Virus record (IMG/VR): IMGVR_UViG_3300034102_000864
Span: 1-64,000 of that record
Length of the DNA: 64,000 bases
DNA from: an uncultured virus (IMG/VR IMGVR_UViG_3300034102_000864)
Taxonomy: Duplodnaviria; Heunggongvirae; Uroviricota; Caudoviricetes
Strand: one strand, 5' to 3'
Made by a program: the position numbers and the translations under genes
The notes under the pieces: model-generated
Seen by the model: the letters and a program-made list of their open reading frames with translations, nothing else
Database searches by the model: none
Told to the model about the DNA's origin: nothing
Shown: positions 21,376 through 31,896 of the stretch, piece by piece
Layout: every line of letters starts with the position of its first letter
How positions within the stretch are numbered: position 1 is the first letter of the stretch

Positions 21376-24300
21376 ATGGCAAGAAAGGCAATACTGGAAA
21401 CTGGATATACATTCACTCCTTCCACAAATACTATCGTCATTCCTCGTGTCATACCGAGAGAACGATTAATTCTGATTACCAATGTAACGACGAACACAGT
21501 AATTTATAATTTCTCTGACTCAAATCTAAAAGCAACTTCTTATACTGTTTCAACTTCTGGTGGTACGAATACAACCACAGTCGTATTGAATTATAGTACT
21601 GCTTCGATGAGTAGTACTGATAAACTTCAAATCATTGTAGATGAATATGATGAGAAGTTTACACCTTCAGAAGCATATGTAGACCCTGTAAATAAATTTA
21701 GAGTTTCAACTCCACAAGCACTGATTGATACTGACTTTGAATATGGTAGTCAGATTACAAAGTGGGAAAATCTTGCGATGATTAATAATCGTCCTTTTGC
21801 TTATCCTTCTTCAGTTGGCATAACTGGAATCGGCACAATTACATTACCTACTAACTCAAGAACAGTCACAGTTGTAGTTTCTGGTGGAGCTCCACCTGGA
21901 ATTGGAACAGCAATTACGGTTCAAGATACTTATCTGAATATTGCGAATGGAAACTTTATTGTAGAATCTGTTGGTGCTGGTAATACAAACTTTACTTATA
22001 CTGCAAGAGCAACAAATACAACAACAGTTACAAATATTTTTGACTCCAATAAGACTGGTATATTTTCTGGAACCACATATACAAATGCTCAGATTGGTGG
22101 AACACCAACATTCTCTTGGACTTCTGGAACTGCAATTCCTGTAACAACTACAGTTCCTCATGGTCTTGCCATTGGTAATGAGGTTTCGGTTGTCGGAACA
22201 TCGCAGGTAAATGCAAATGGTTCTTTTGTGGTTGCTACAATTACCAGTTCAACTGCATTTACTTATTATTCAACTACTGCACCAGCAGCAAACCCAACTG
22301 GTGGAAGAATCTTCGTAAGACCTCAAGGACAATTTTTGCACAGACCATTCGATGGTGGAATTATTTTCACATCAAACTCAAATGGAAACTTTGAGCAAGC
22401 AATTCGCCAAACCAGAAGATATTTTCGTTATCAATCTGGTAAAGGTATTCAAGTCAGTTCTGGTACTATTTTAAAACCAAGTTTGCAGATTGATAGTTTA
22501 ACTTCAACTGGATTGAGTATTGGAAGTACAATTAGAGTACAAACAAAAGAACAGCATAATATTCAGGCAGCAACACCAGGAACTCAAATTACACTTTCTG
22601 GTGTAAATGAATCTGGATATAATGGAACTTATACTGTAACTTCCGTAACTGGATATAATAGTTTTAATGTTACATCAACTTCTGGAATTGGTTCAACGGT
22701 TGCGTCTGGAACTTATAACTGTTCTGTTTCAAGTTGGTATGGATGTTCCAATCGTCTTGGAAGTTTTGATGCTCAAAATGGAATATTCTTTGAGTTTGAT
22801 GGGCAAACACTTTCTGCGGTTCGTAGAAGTTCTACCTATCAACTTGCAGGAAAAGTTACTGCAACAAATGGTTCAAATACTATTACTCAAACAAATGCAA
22901 CATTCCCAACAGTATTTGCAAAACAACTAAACATTGGAGATTTTATTGTTCTTCGTGGTCAGTCATATCGTGTTGTTGATATTGCAAGTGATACTTCTAT
23001 GACGATTTCTCCTTCGTATAGAGGAGCAACTGCCGATTATGTAATCATCTCAAAAACACAAGATACAAAATATCCACAATCATCTTGGAACATTGACAAG
23101 TGTGATGGTACGGGTCCTTCTGGATATAATATTGATCTTACCAAGATGCAGATGTTCTATATGGACTACTCTTGGTATGGTGCTGGATTCATTCGTTGGG
23201 GATTCAGAGGTCCAGATGGCAATGTAATTTACTGCCATAAAATACCAAATAATAATGTCAATACAGAAGCATATATGCGTTCTGGAAACTTACCAGCACG
23301 ATATGAATCTGAAAGTCTTCCACCAACAACCAAAATTACTAGAAGTGTGGGAGCATCCGATACATTTGTTGGTATTGCAAGCACTGCAGGATTCCCAACT
23401 GCTGGTACAATCGTTGTTCGTAATGCAAATACTTATGAGTATATGAATTATGCTGGTATTGGAACAACTGCATTTACTGGGGTCACAAGAGCAAGGTCTG
23501 GCAGTACTTCTCTTGCACTTACGGTTGCCTCTGGATCTAATGTGGCAACTGCAACCACCACAAACCTACAAGTAGGTCAGAGAGTGATTGGTGGATTCCC
23601 AGAAGGAACCTACGTCAGTGCAATTGGTGTTGGAAATATTACATTAAGTCAGGCAGCAACCACAGCAAACCCAACAGTAATTATTCCCCCAATGGGAGCA
23701 TCATCGGGTCAATCATTTACTTTCTCTGCTACGGACCCAGTTGCTGTTGAACTTGCATTCCCAACTTATGGACCTTCTATTTCTCACTGGGGAACTAGTG
23801 TGATTATGGATGGTCGTTATGATGATGATAAATCTTTGGTCTTTACTTACGGTCAAAGAACTGCTACTACTATTTCTCCTGGTGCAACACGGGCACTACT
23901 TGCAATTCGTGTTGCACCATCAGTAGACAATGGAGTTGCCGCAGCATTTGGACAAAGAGAATTAATCAATAGAATGCAATTAGTTCTTCGAAATCTGGGA
24001 ATCTCAATTCGTGGTAGTACAACATCAAACATTCTTGTACAAGCACTCTTAAATGCGACTCCATCAACCACAAATACTTGGACGAATGCTATTGGTAATG
24101 CTACGGGACAACAAAATTCCAGTTTGGCACAAATTGTCGATTATGCTGGTGGTTCAACTACAGTAACAGGTGGTGAAGTTACTGCAGGTCTATTCTCTTC
24201 TGGTACTAGCACACTTGATTTAAGTTCTGTAAGAGACTTGGGTAATTGTATTCTTGGTGGAGGTGGTGCTACTTCAAATAGTGGAATATATCCAGACGGT

Positions 24301-24393
24301 CCAGATACATTAACAATTACTGTAACTAATATTGCTGCCACTGGTGATGTCAATGTAACTGCAAGAATTTCTTGGACGGAGGCACAAGCATAA
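21376..24393 (+). CDS. Large virion structural protein
   Basis: 1005 aa; RVSTPQALIDTDFEYG, QTRRYFRYQSGKG, DYSWYGAG and YMRSGNLPARYE motifs resemble large-phage structural proteins. Confidence 0.7.
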   Translation: MARKAILETGYTFTPSTNTIVIPRVIPRERLILITNVTTNTVIYNFSDSNLKATSYTVSTSGGTNTTTVVLNYSTASMSSTDKLQIIVDEYDEKFTPSEAYVDPVNKFRVSTPQALIDTDFEYGSQITKWENLAMINNRPFAYPSSVGITGIGTITLPTNSRTVTVVVSGGAPPGIGTAITVQDTYLNIANGNFIVESVGAGNTNFTYTARATNTTTVTNIFDSNKTGIFSGTTYTNAQIGGTPTFSWTSGTAIPVTTTVPHGLAIGNEVSVVGTSQVNANGSFVVATITSSTAFTYYSTTAPAANPTGGRIFVRPQGQFLHRPFDGGIIFTSNSNGNFEQAIRQTRRYFRYQSGKGIQVSSGTILKPSLQIDSLTSTGLSIGSTIRVQTKEQHNIQAATPGTQITLSGVNESGYNGTYTVTSVTGYNSFNVTSTSGIGSTVASGTYNCSVSSWYGCSNRLGSFDAQNGIFFEFDGQTLSAVRRSSTYQLAGKVTATNGSNTITQTNATFPTVFAKQLNIGDFIVLRGQSYRVVDIASDTSMTISPSYRGATADYVIISKTQDTKYPQSSWNIDKCDGTGPSGYNIDLTKMQMFYMDYSWYGAGFIRWGFRGPDGNVIYCHKIPNNNVNTEAYMRSGNLPARYESESLPPTTKITRSVGASDTFVGIASTAGFPTAGTIVVRNANTYEYMNYAGIGTTAFTGVTRARSGSTSLALTVASGSNVATATTTNLQVGQRVIGGFPEGTYVSAIGVGNITLSQAATTANPTVIIPPMGASSGQSFTFSATDPVAVELAFPTYGPSISHWGTSVIMDGRYDDDKSLVFTYGQRTATTISPGATRALLAIRVAPSVDNGVAAAFGQRELINRMQLVLRNLGISIRGSTTSNILVQALLNATPSTTNTWTNAIGNATGQQNSSLAQIVDYAGGSTTVTGGEVTAGLFSSGTSTLDLSSVRDLGNCILGGGGATSNSGIYPDGPDTLTITVTNIAATGDVNVTARISWTEAQA

Positions 24394-24396
24394 GAA

Positions 24397-26013
24397 ATGG
24401 CTAAACTTAAATCTGGTACAAGGATTTACGGAACAGCGACAATTGATACTAGTGTTGTAGTAGGTTCTGCCGTAACATTAAGTTCTTCCGGAATTTTGAT
24501 TGGTTCTGCAACATCAACGGGAACCGCATCACAACCATTACAAGTTACTGGTGGTGCTTATGTTTCTGGTAATCTTGGTATAGGAATCACAAATCCATCA
24601 CAATCTTTACACGTTCAAGGTAATGCTAGAGTTACTGGTGCTGTTTATGATTCAACAAACTCACCAGGAACATCAGGTCAGGTCCTCCAATCAACAGTAA
24701 CGGGAACCCAATGGACTACTGCAGCAGCAGGTGGTGGTGGATCTGGTAAGTTTGATACATCAATTGATAATGTTGTTTACGTTCAACCAACAGGAACATT
24801 GGATATTGTTGGAGTTGGTACAACAACCACACAAATCACAACACTTCCTGCTGGTTCGAATAAGTATTTGGTCCATTCAATTCACGTTACTAATATATCC
24901 AACGGTGATGCTGAAATTACTTCTGGGTTTGTAATGAATGCAAGAAAAGTTCCCGCAACAATTGTTTCTGGTGGTGGAATTGGAGTTGCAGCTGCTGGTA
25001 TTCATACCATTAGAGTTAGTGTGGCAAGCAGTATTAGAATTGGTATGGCTGTAACTGGACAAGGAAATATTGGAGAGACAATAGGTATTGGTTCAACTGC
25101 AGGATTCCAGTATAACACATATGTAACAAGTGTAGATGGAAACCTAATTACATTAAGTAAACCAATTGCAGGTGCTGCTGTATCTGGTACTGCTTGGTTT
25201 TCACCAGTTTCTAAAGTTTCATCTCGTCTTCCAGTTCCTGTTGGTTCTGCAGTTGAACTTTTAAAACAACCGATGGTTTTGGATGCATTGGATAGTATTG
25301 TGCTACAATCTACTGGTGCTGGCACTGGTGTCGGTACAACTTCAACTGCTGTATTCACACAAACAGCAAACTCAAATATTGTATCTTGCACTGTTGGTTC
25401 TGCGATTACAAACTTCATTTATGCAGGTCAATTAGTTCAAGGTATAGGAACCAATACTGGCATTCAAACAAATACATTTATTGGTGTTGGTTATACTCCA
25501 GGATCAAACTTAGTTCCACTTACAAGACCAGCAACATCTACATTAGCATCACAAACACTTTCATTCACTGATGTTATAACACCACAAGATGGTGCATTAC
25601 AAGCAACAATTGTCTATCAATCTTCTACAGACACTTCATATTTAAATGGAACTGGTACTGTTGTTGGTATTGTAACATTAGCATCACAGGCAGTTTCAGG
25701 AGTTACTTCAACAACTCCATTCCCTTATTATGGAACTGGAAACCTTTATCCTTCTACTGTTCAGTCTATTCGAGTTTCAAATATATCTGATGGTTCTATC
25801 TATCCTGGTGGAGATTATCCTGTCTCTGTAGGTATTGGTAATAGTGATACAGTATTCTCCTGGTTGGCATATAATATGGTGATTCCAAGAAACTCTTCAA
25901 TTGAACTTTGTGAGGCACCAAAGAGATTGGGGATTGGACAGTCAATCTTTGCATTATCAAACACAGTTGGAGTTATCGAAATACAGGTCGCAGGAAAACA
26001 AAAAACAACATAA
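24397..26013 (+). CDS. Fibre-associated structural protein
   Basis: N-terminal module shared with 11163..15248; two beta-sandwich-like units (VPVGSAVELLKQP and VIPRNSSIELCEAP). Confidence 0.65.
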   Translation: MAKLKSGTRIYGTATIDTSVVVGSAVTLSSSGILIGSATSTGTASQPLQVTGGAYVSGNLGIGITNPSQSLHVQGNARVTGAVYDSTNSPGTSGQVLQSTVTGTQWTTAAAGGGGSGKFDTSIDNVVYVQPTGTLDIVGVGTTTTQITTLPAGSNKYLVHSIHVTNISNGDAEITSGFVMNARKVPATIVSGGGIGVAAAGIHTIRVSVASSIRIGMAVTGQGNIGETIGIGSTAGFQYNTYVTSVDGNLITLSKPIAGAAVSGTAWFSPVSKVSSRLPVPVGSAVELLKQPMVLDALDSIVLQSTGAGTGVGTTSTAVFTQTANSNIVSCTVGSAITNFIYAGQLVQGIGTNTGIQTNTFIGVGYTPGSNLVPLTRPATSTLASQTLSFTDVITPQDGALQATIVYQSSTDTSYLNGTGTVVGIVTLASQAVSGVTSTTPFPYYGTGNLYPSTVQSIRVSNISDGSIYPGGDYPVSVGIGNSDTVFSWLAYNMVIPRNSSIELCEAPKRLGIGQSIFALSNTVGVIEIQVAGKQKTT

Positions 26014-26016
26014 TTT

Positions 26017-26670
26017 ATGAGTATTCTTATATCATTACCTTGTTATGGTGGATTAGTGAATGAAAAAACCACAACATCACTGTTTAATCTTGGTAAACTT
26101 TTAGTTCGCAATAATATAGATCACGGCATAATGACTGTCGCAAATGAGTCTTTGATTACTCACGGACGGTCAAGAATTGCTAATTTCTTTATGAATAATA
26201 CTGAGTTTGAGTATCTGTTCTGTCTGGATGCTGATGTTGCCTTTTCGCCAGAAGATATGTTGAAGTTATATTCGTATCAAAAACCAATCGTGTCTGCATC
26301 ATATCCTATGAAGACACTACCAATACGACACTGTTATGAACTTTATAATCCTGTAAAGTTATGTGGAAATCTTGTGAAGATTGGTGGAATTGGTATGGGA
26401 TTTGTATTAATTCATAGAAGTGTCTTTGAGAAACTAAATAATCATTATAGTGAATTAAAGTATTTTCCGGGATTGAATAATTCAAACTATCCAATTACTG
26501 AAAAAGAATATCATAATTCATATCACTACTTTGCAGAAATGAATAAGGAAGGAAAATACTTGGGAGAAGATATGAGTTTCTTTCATCGTGTCAGTGATAT
26601 TGGTTATGATGTTTGGTTGGATACAAGTATAGAATTACAGCACATCGGTTCTCACGTATTCGGTAAGTAA
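26017..26670 (+). CDS. GT-A fold glycosyltransferase
   Basis: YLFCLDADV (DxD), GMGFVLIHRSVF, GEDMSFF and C-terminal HIG. Confidence 0.75.
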   Translation: MSILISLPCYGGLVNEKTTTSLFNLGKLLVRNNIDHGIMTVANESLITHGRSRIANFFMNNTEFEYLFCLDADVAFSPEDMLKLYSYQKPIVSASYPMKTLPIRHCYELYNPVKLCGNLVKIGGIGMGFVLIHRSVFEKLNNHYSELKYFPGLNNSNYPITEKEYHNSYHYFAEMNKEGKYLGEDMSFFHRVSDIGYDVWLDTSIELQHIGSHVFGK

Positions 26671-26671
26671 A

Positions 26672-28546
26672 ATGGCAATTGGAGTATTTGGTCTACAAGT
26701 TGCTTACAGATTAAAGAGACTTGAGGTGATGAGTGTTGATGATACTCACGGATGGTTTGGTGGTGGTTTTCCAGCACTATTAACAGTAGACCGTATAGAT
26801 TTTTCTAATGATACTGGAACTACAAACATTAGAGGTTCATTAAGTGTAGGAAGAAGTGCTGCGGGAGCAACAGGAAACTCTAACTATGGTTGGTTTGGTG
26901 GTGGTAATTCTCCAGGAGTATTATCATCAGTAGATAGAGTAGATTTTTCCAATGATTCTCCAGCAGTATCAGTAAGAGGTCCATTAAGTTTAGCAAGAGA
27001 TGGAGTATCAGCAACAGGAAACTCTAACTATGGTTGGTTTGGTGGTGGATTTGGTGTAAGTAGTAGATCAATTGTAGACCGTATAGATTTCTCTAATGAT
27101 TCTTCCACGGCATCACCAAGAGGTCCATTAAGTTCATCAAGATATAGTGGAGCGTCAACAGGAAACTCTAACTATGGTTGGATTTCTGGTGGGCAAAATC
27201 CAACACTATTTTCAACAGTAGACCGTATAGATTTTGCAAATGATTCTTCAACGGCATCACCAAGAAGTCCATTGAGTTCAGCAAGAAGTTCTTTATCAGC
27301 AACAGGAAACTCTAATTATGGTTGGTTTGGCGGTGGTACTACTCCAGGACCAGTAGTAGCAACAGTAGACCGTATAGATTTCTCAAATGATTCTGTATCA
27401 GTATCAGTAAGGGGTTCATTATTTACGGCAAGATATGGTTTAGCAGCAACAGGAAACTCTAACTATGGTTGGTTCGGTGGTGGTTCTATTAGTGGACCAG
27501 GAGTATCAACAGTAGACCGTATAGATTTCTCTAATGATTCAGTATCAGCATCACCAAGAGGACCATTAAGTTTAGCAAGACAAGGTTTAGCATCAACATC
27601 GGGACAAGCAAAAGGACCAGCAATCAAACTGCAAAAAGCAGGGAATTATGGTTGGTTTGGTGGTGGTGGACCATCACTTGCGGGGGGTGCAACTGCAACA
27701 GTAGATCGTATAGATTTTTCTAATGATTTGGCAACAGCATCACCAAGAGGTTCATTAAGTAAAACAAAATCTCAAATATCAGCAACAGGAAATTCTAACT
27801 ATGGTTGGTTTGGTAGTGGTATTACTACACCACCAACACCAGCAACAGTATCAACAGTAGACCGTATAGATTTTTCTAATGATTTGGCAACAGCATCAGT
27901 TAGAGGTATATTAAGTTCAACAAGATATGCTTTAGCAGCAACAGGAAACTCTAACTATGGTTGGTTTGGTGGTGGTGGTCTTAATCCGCCAATAACATCA
28001 ATAGTGGACCGTATCAATTTTTCAAATGATTTAGAAACAGCATCACCTAGAGGTTCATTAACTCAAACAAGATTTAGATTAGCAGCAACAGGAAATTCTA
28101 ACTATGGTTGGTTTGGTGGTGGTAGAGGTGGTTCTCCAATATCAACAGTAGCAACAGTAGACCGTATAGATTTTTCCAATGATTCTGCAACAGCATCACC
28201 AAGAGGTCCATTAAGTGCTGCAAGATATTCTTTAGCAGCAACAGGAAACTCTAACTATGGTTGGTTTGGTGGTGGTGCTTTTCCAGCAAAAGCAACAGTG
28301 GACCGTATAGATTTCTCTAATGATTCCACAACGACATCAGTTAGAGGTCCATTAAGTTCGGCAAGATATCATTTATCGGCAACAGGAAACTCTAATTATG
28401 GTTGGTTTGGTGCAGGTCTTTCACCAGCACAAGTATCAACAGCAGATCGTATAAACTTTTCAAATGATTCTGTGTCAGCATCAATTAGAGGATTACTTGG
28501 GACAAAAACCTTCTTCTATGGAGCAACCTCCAACAGCACCAAATAA
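26672..28546 (+). CDS. Double Kelch-like beta-propeller protein 1 (2 x 6 repeats)
   Basis: 12 repeats of GNSNYGWFGGG-[variable]-TVDRIDFSND...RGxLS..R..LAAT. Confidence 0.8.
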   Translation: MAIGVFGLQVAYRLKRLEVMSVDDTHGWFGGGFPALLTVDRIDFSNDTGTTNIRGSLSVGRSAAGATGNSNYGWFGGGNSPGVLSSVDRVDFSNDSPAVSVRGPLSLARDGVSATGNSNYGWFGGGFGVSSRSIVDRIDFSNDSSTASPRGPLSSSRYSGASTGNSNYGWISGGQNPTLFSTVDRIDFANDSSTASPRSPLSSARSSLSATGNSNYGWFGGGTTPGPVVATVDRIDFSNDSVSVSVRGSLFTARYGLAATGNSNYGWFGGGSISGPGVSTVDRIDFSNDSVSASPRGPLSLARQGLASTSGQAKGPAIKLQKAGNYGWFGGGGPSLAGGATATVDRIDFSNDLATASPRGSLSKTKSQISATGNSNYGWFGSGITTPPTPATVSTVDRIDFSNDLATASVRGILSSTRYALAATGNSNYGWFGGGGLNPPITSIVDRINFSNDLETASPRGSLTQTRFRLAATGNSNYGWFGGGRGGSPISTVATVDRIDFSNDSATASPRGPLSAARYSLAATGNSNYGWFGGGAFPAKATVDRIDFSNDSTTTSVRGPLSSARYHLSATGNSNYGWFGAGLSPAQVSTADRINFSNDSVSASIRGLLGTKTFFYGATSNSTK

Positions 28547-28566
28547 ATAACTCAAACTACATCATT
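28542..28566 (+). promoter_or_regulatory. Late promoter plus leader shared with 35878-35902
   Basis: AATAAATAACTCAAACTACATCAT here versus GATAAATACCTCAAACTACATTAT at the second site. Confidence 0.55.
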
Positions 28567-28570
28567 TCTT

Positions 28571-29182
28571 ATGAAGCAGAATATTATTATTGTTGATAAT
28601 TTCTATGAGAATCCATATGAAGTTCGTCAATACGCATTAAATCTGGAGTATCCACAACCACAAGACGGATATACCTATCCAGGTAGAAACTCAAAAGGAA
28701 CTTTTTATAATCAAGAGATTCACGATAAGTTTGAGAATTTAATTGGAAGACATTTAGTTCCTGCTGATTGTGGTAATCATGGAGATTTTAGATTATCATT
28801 AGAAGCAGATACATTCCAACAAGACATTCATATTGACCCAATCTGGGAATGGGGTTGTGTTCTTTACATGAATCTACCGCATCAGTGTATTGATGAGGCA
28901 GGAACATCATTCTGGAAACATAAGAAACTGGGGTGGGAAAGAGTTCCAGAACAACAAGAAGCAGGTTGGTTTGGTTATACTTCTTATGATGAAATCCGTG
29001 ATGGTATTGTGTATGGTGATGGACTTGACCGTTCTAAGTGGGAGAGATACTGTTTGGCAAATATGAAGTATAATAGAGCAGTCATCTTTGACCCAAAACT
29101 CTGGCACTCACACGGAGCAAACTTTGGAGATAGTTTAGAAAATGGTAGATTAGTTCAATTGTTCTTCTTTAATAATGCATAA
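28571..29182 (+). CDS. 2OG-Fe(II) oxygenase-like protein (DUF6445-like)
   Basis: IIVDNFY...YPG; HID (HxD); GTSF; KYNRAVIF..LWHS (distal His); RLVQLFF. Confidence 0.7.
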   Translation: MKQNIIIVDNFYENPYEVRQYALNLEYPQPQDGYTYPGRNSKGTFYNQEIHDKFENLIGRHLVPADCGNHGDFRLSLEADTFQQDIHIDPIWEWGCVLYMNLPHQCIDEAGTSFWKHKKLGWERVPEQQEAGWFGYTSYDEIRDGIVYGDGLDRSKWERYCLANMKYNRAVIFDPKLWHSHGANFGDSLENGRLVQLFFFNNA

Positions 29183-30005
29183 GACTTATTTTTTTGAGAG
29201 TGGATTGCCACGTTCTGGTTCTACATTACTTTCTGCAATTCTAAATCAAAATCCAGATATTCACTGCGGTGCAATTTCTCCTGTGCTGGAGATTATGTAT
29301 TATACAGAGCAATACTTTGAAGGGTCGGAGCAGGCACTTGCATATCCAAAACCAGAGCAACATCATAAGATTATTTCAAGTGTGATTGATAATTATTATG
29401 ATGATATTGATAAACCAATCGTAGTGGATAAATGCCGTGCCTGGACTAATAACACCGATAGAATACAAGAATACATTACAAAGACTCCAAAGATTCTGTG
29501 CCCTGTGAGAGATGTTGTAGAGATTCTTGCATCGTTTATTCAAATGATTCATCGCAATTCCAATCAAGTATCTTTTGTAGATAAGGCACTCACAGAACAA
29601 GGATATGAACTGACTGATGATAATCGGTGCGACCATCTAATGTCTCCCGTAGGTATTGTAGACCAGTCCTTATATGCCTTTGGAGAGGGGTTCAGAAAGG
29701 GTTGTGAGAGGTATATGCATATGATTGAGTATAATGACTTGGTAAATTGTCCAGAAGAAACGATGCACAAGGTTTATAAGTTCTTAGAGATTCCCGAATA
29801 CAAACACGACTTTGGTAATGTCAGTCATAAATACCGTGAGAGAGATAATGATATTTACGGACTAAGTGATATGCACGAAGTTCGTAAGCAAGTAAAAAGA
29901 ACTTCTAAAAGACCTGAAGAAGTTTTAAGTGATTATGTATTGAATAAGTATTCTGGTATGGAATTTTGGAGAAAGGCAAAACCACCAATTAGTTTGTTCA
30001 TATAA
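29175..30005 (+). CDS. Sulfotransferase family protein
   Basis: GLPRSGSTLL (5'-PAPS-binding loop), VRD...ILAS (3'-PB motif), YNDLV..P. Confidence 0.85.
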   Translation: MHKTYFFESGLPRSGSTLLSAILNQNPDIHCGAISPVLEIMYYTEQYFEGSEQALAYPKPEQHHKIISSVIDNYYDDIDKPIVVDKCRAWTNNTDRIQEYITKTPKILCPVRDVVEILASFIQMIHRNSNQVSFVDKALTEQGYELTDDNRCDHLMSPVGIVDQSLYAFGEGFRKGCERYMHMIEYNDLVNCPEETMHKVYKFLEIPEYKHDFGNVSHKYRERDNDIYGLSDMHEVRKQVKRTSKRPEEVLSDYVLNKYSGMEFWRKAKPPISLFI

Positions 30006-30009
30006 GTAA

Positions 30010-31893
30010 ATGACAATCAATAATAACAATATATTTGGAGCATTTACACTTGGAGAAGTTCGTAGTGGACGACTGACTGGTGAATGGTTAAATAAAGAAT
30101 CCGTTGCGAATTATGGTTGGTTTGGTGGTGGTTATAATAGTATTGCAACAGTAGATCGTATAGATTTCTCCAATGATTCTTCCACGGCATCACCAAGAGG
30201 TTCATTAAGTTCGGGAAGACATGGTTTAGCAGCAACAGGAAACTCTAACTACGGTTGGTTTGGTGGTGGTGTTATTCCTGCAAGATCACTTTCTACAGTA
30301 GATCGTATAGACTTTTCTAATGATTCTCCAACTGCATCAATTAGAGGTTCATTAAGTTCAGCAAGATATTACTTAGCAGCAACAGGAAACTCTAACTATG
30401 GTTGGTTTGGTGGTGGTTTCCCTGGTCCAAGATCAATAGTAGACCGTATAGATTTCTCTAATGATGCAGCAACAGCATCACCTAGAGGATCATTAAGTTT
30501 AGCAAGATATAATTTAGCAGCAACAGGAAACTCCAATTATGGTTGGTTTGGTGGTGGAAATCCAGGGTTTACATCAACAGTAGACCGTATAGATCTTTCT
30601 AATGATTCTGGAACAGCATCACCAAGAGGTCCATTAAGTTCGGCAAGATATAGTTTAGCAGCAACAGGAAACTCTAACTATGGTTGGTTCGGTGGTGGTG
30701 GACCTAGTTCTACACCAGGACCATTATCAAGAGTAGATCGTATTGATTTCTCTAATGATTCTTCAACAGCATCAGTAAGAGGTCCATTAACTTTAGAAAG
30801 AACTCGATTGGCGGCAACAGGAAACTCTAATTATGGTTGGTTTGGTGGTGGTTATAATACAGTTACTAGGAGTACAGTAGACCGTATAGATTTTTCTAAT
30901 GATTCTGTATCAGCATCATTAAGGGGTTCATTAAATCCTGCAGGAAAAACAACACACACAGCAACCTCAGGAGTTCTCAATATTCGCAGACAAAAAGCAG
31001 GGAATTATGGTTGGTTTGGTGGTGGTTTTCCATCAGCAGACAGAGTAGACCGTATAGATTTTTCTAATGATTCCGCAACAGCATCAGTTAGAGGTCCATT
31101 AAGTTCAGCAAGATATAGATTAGCAGCAACAGGAAACTCTAACTACGGTTGGTTTGGTGGTGGTAGAGCAGGATCTCCAATAGCAAATACATCAAGAGTA
31201 GACCGTATTAATTTCGCAAATGATTCTCCATCAGCATCAGTAAGAGGACCATTAAGTTTAGCAAGATCTAGTATGGGTGCAACAGGAAATTCTAACTATG
31301 GTTGGTTCGGTGGTGGTGGTACTCCATCAGTAGTAGCAACGGTACATCGCATAGATTTCTCAAATGATTCTTCAACCGCATCAACAAAAGGTCCATTAAG
31401 TTCCGGAAGATATACTCCAGGAGCAACAGGAAACTCTAACTACGGTTGGTTTGGTGGTGGATTTGTTTCATCTCCGACACCATCTTATGTAACAACAGTA
31501 GACCGTATAGATTTCTCTAATGATTCTTCAACCGCATCACCAAGAGGTCCATTAAGTTCAGCAAGATATGGTTTAGCAGCAACAGGAAACTCTAACTATG
31601 GTTGGTTTGGTGGTGGTTATGCTCCTACAACAGTTAGATCAACAGTAGACCGTATAGATTTCTCCAATGATTCCTCAACAACATCAGTAAGAGGTCCATT
31701 AAGTTCAGCAAGATATAGATTAGCAGCAACAGGAAACTCTAACTACGGTTGGTTTGGTGGTGGTGATCCTGGACCATTATCAACAGTAGACCGTATCAAT
31801 TTTGCAAATGATTCTGCAACAGCATCACCAAGAGGTTCATTATTTACAACAAAATATTCTTCAGCAGCAACCTCCAACACCCCAATAGGATAA
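30010..31893 (+). CDS. Double Kelch-like beta-propeller protein 2 (2 x 6 repeats)
   Basis: 12 repeats as in 26672..28546. Confidence 0.8.
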   Translation: MTINNNNIFGAFTLGEVRSGRLTGEWLNKESVANYGWFGGGYNSIATVDRIDFSNDSSTASPRGSLSSGRHGLAATGNSNYGWFGGGVIPARSLSTVDRIDFSNDSPTASIRGSLSSARYYLAATGNSNYGWFGGGFPGPRSIVDRIDFSNDAATASPRGSLSLARYNLAATGNSNYGWFGGGNPGFTSTVDRIDLSNDSGTASPRGPLSSARYSLAATGNSNYGWFGGGGPSSTPGPLSRVDRIDFSNDSSTASVRGPLTLERTRLAATGNSNYGWFGGGYNTVTRSTVDRIDFSNDSVSASLRGSLNPAGKTTHTATSGVLNIRRQKAGNYGWFGGGFPSADRVDRIDFSNDSATASVRGPLSSARYRLAATGNSNYGWFGGGRAGSPIANTSRVDRINFANDSPSASVRGPLSLARSSMGATGNSNYGWFGGGGTPSVVATVHRIDFSNDSSTASTKGPLSSGRYTPGATGNSNYGWFGGGFVSSPTPSYVTTVDRIDFSNDSSTASPRGPLSSARYGLAATGNSNYGWFGGGYAPTTVRSTVDRIDFSNDSSTTSVRGPLSSARYRLAATGNSNYGWFGGGDPGPLSTVDRINFANDSATASPRGSLFTTKYSSAATSNTPIG

Positions 31894-31896
31894 AAT

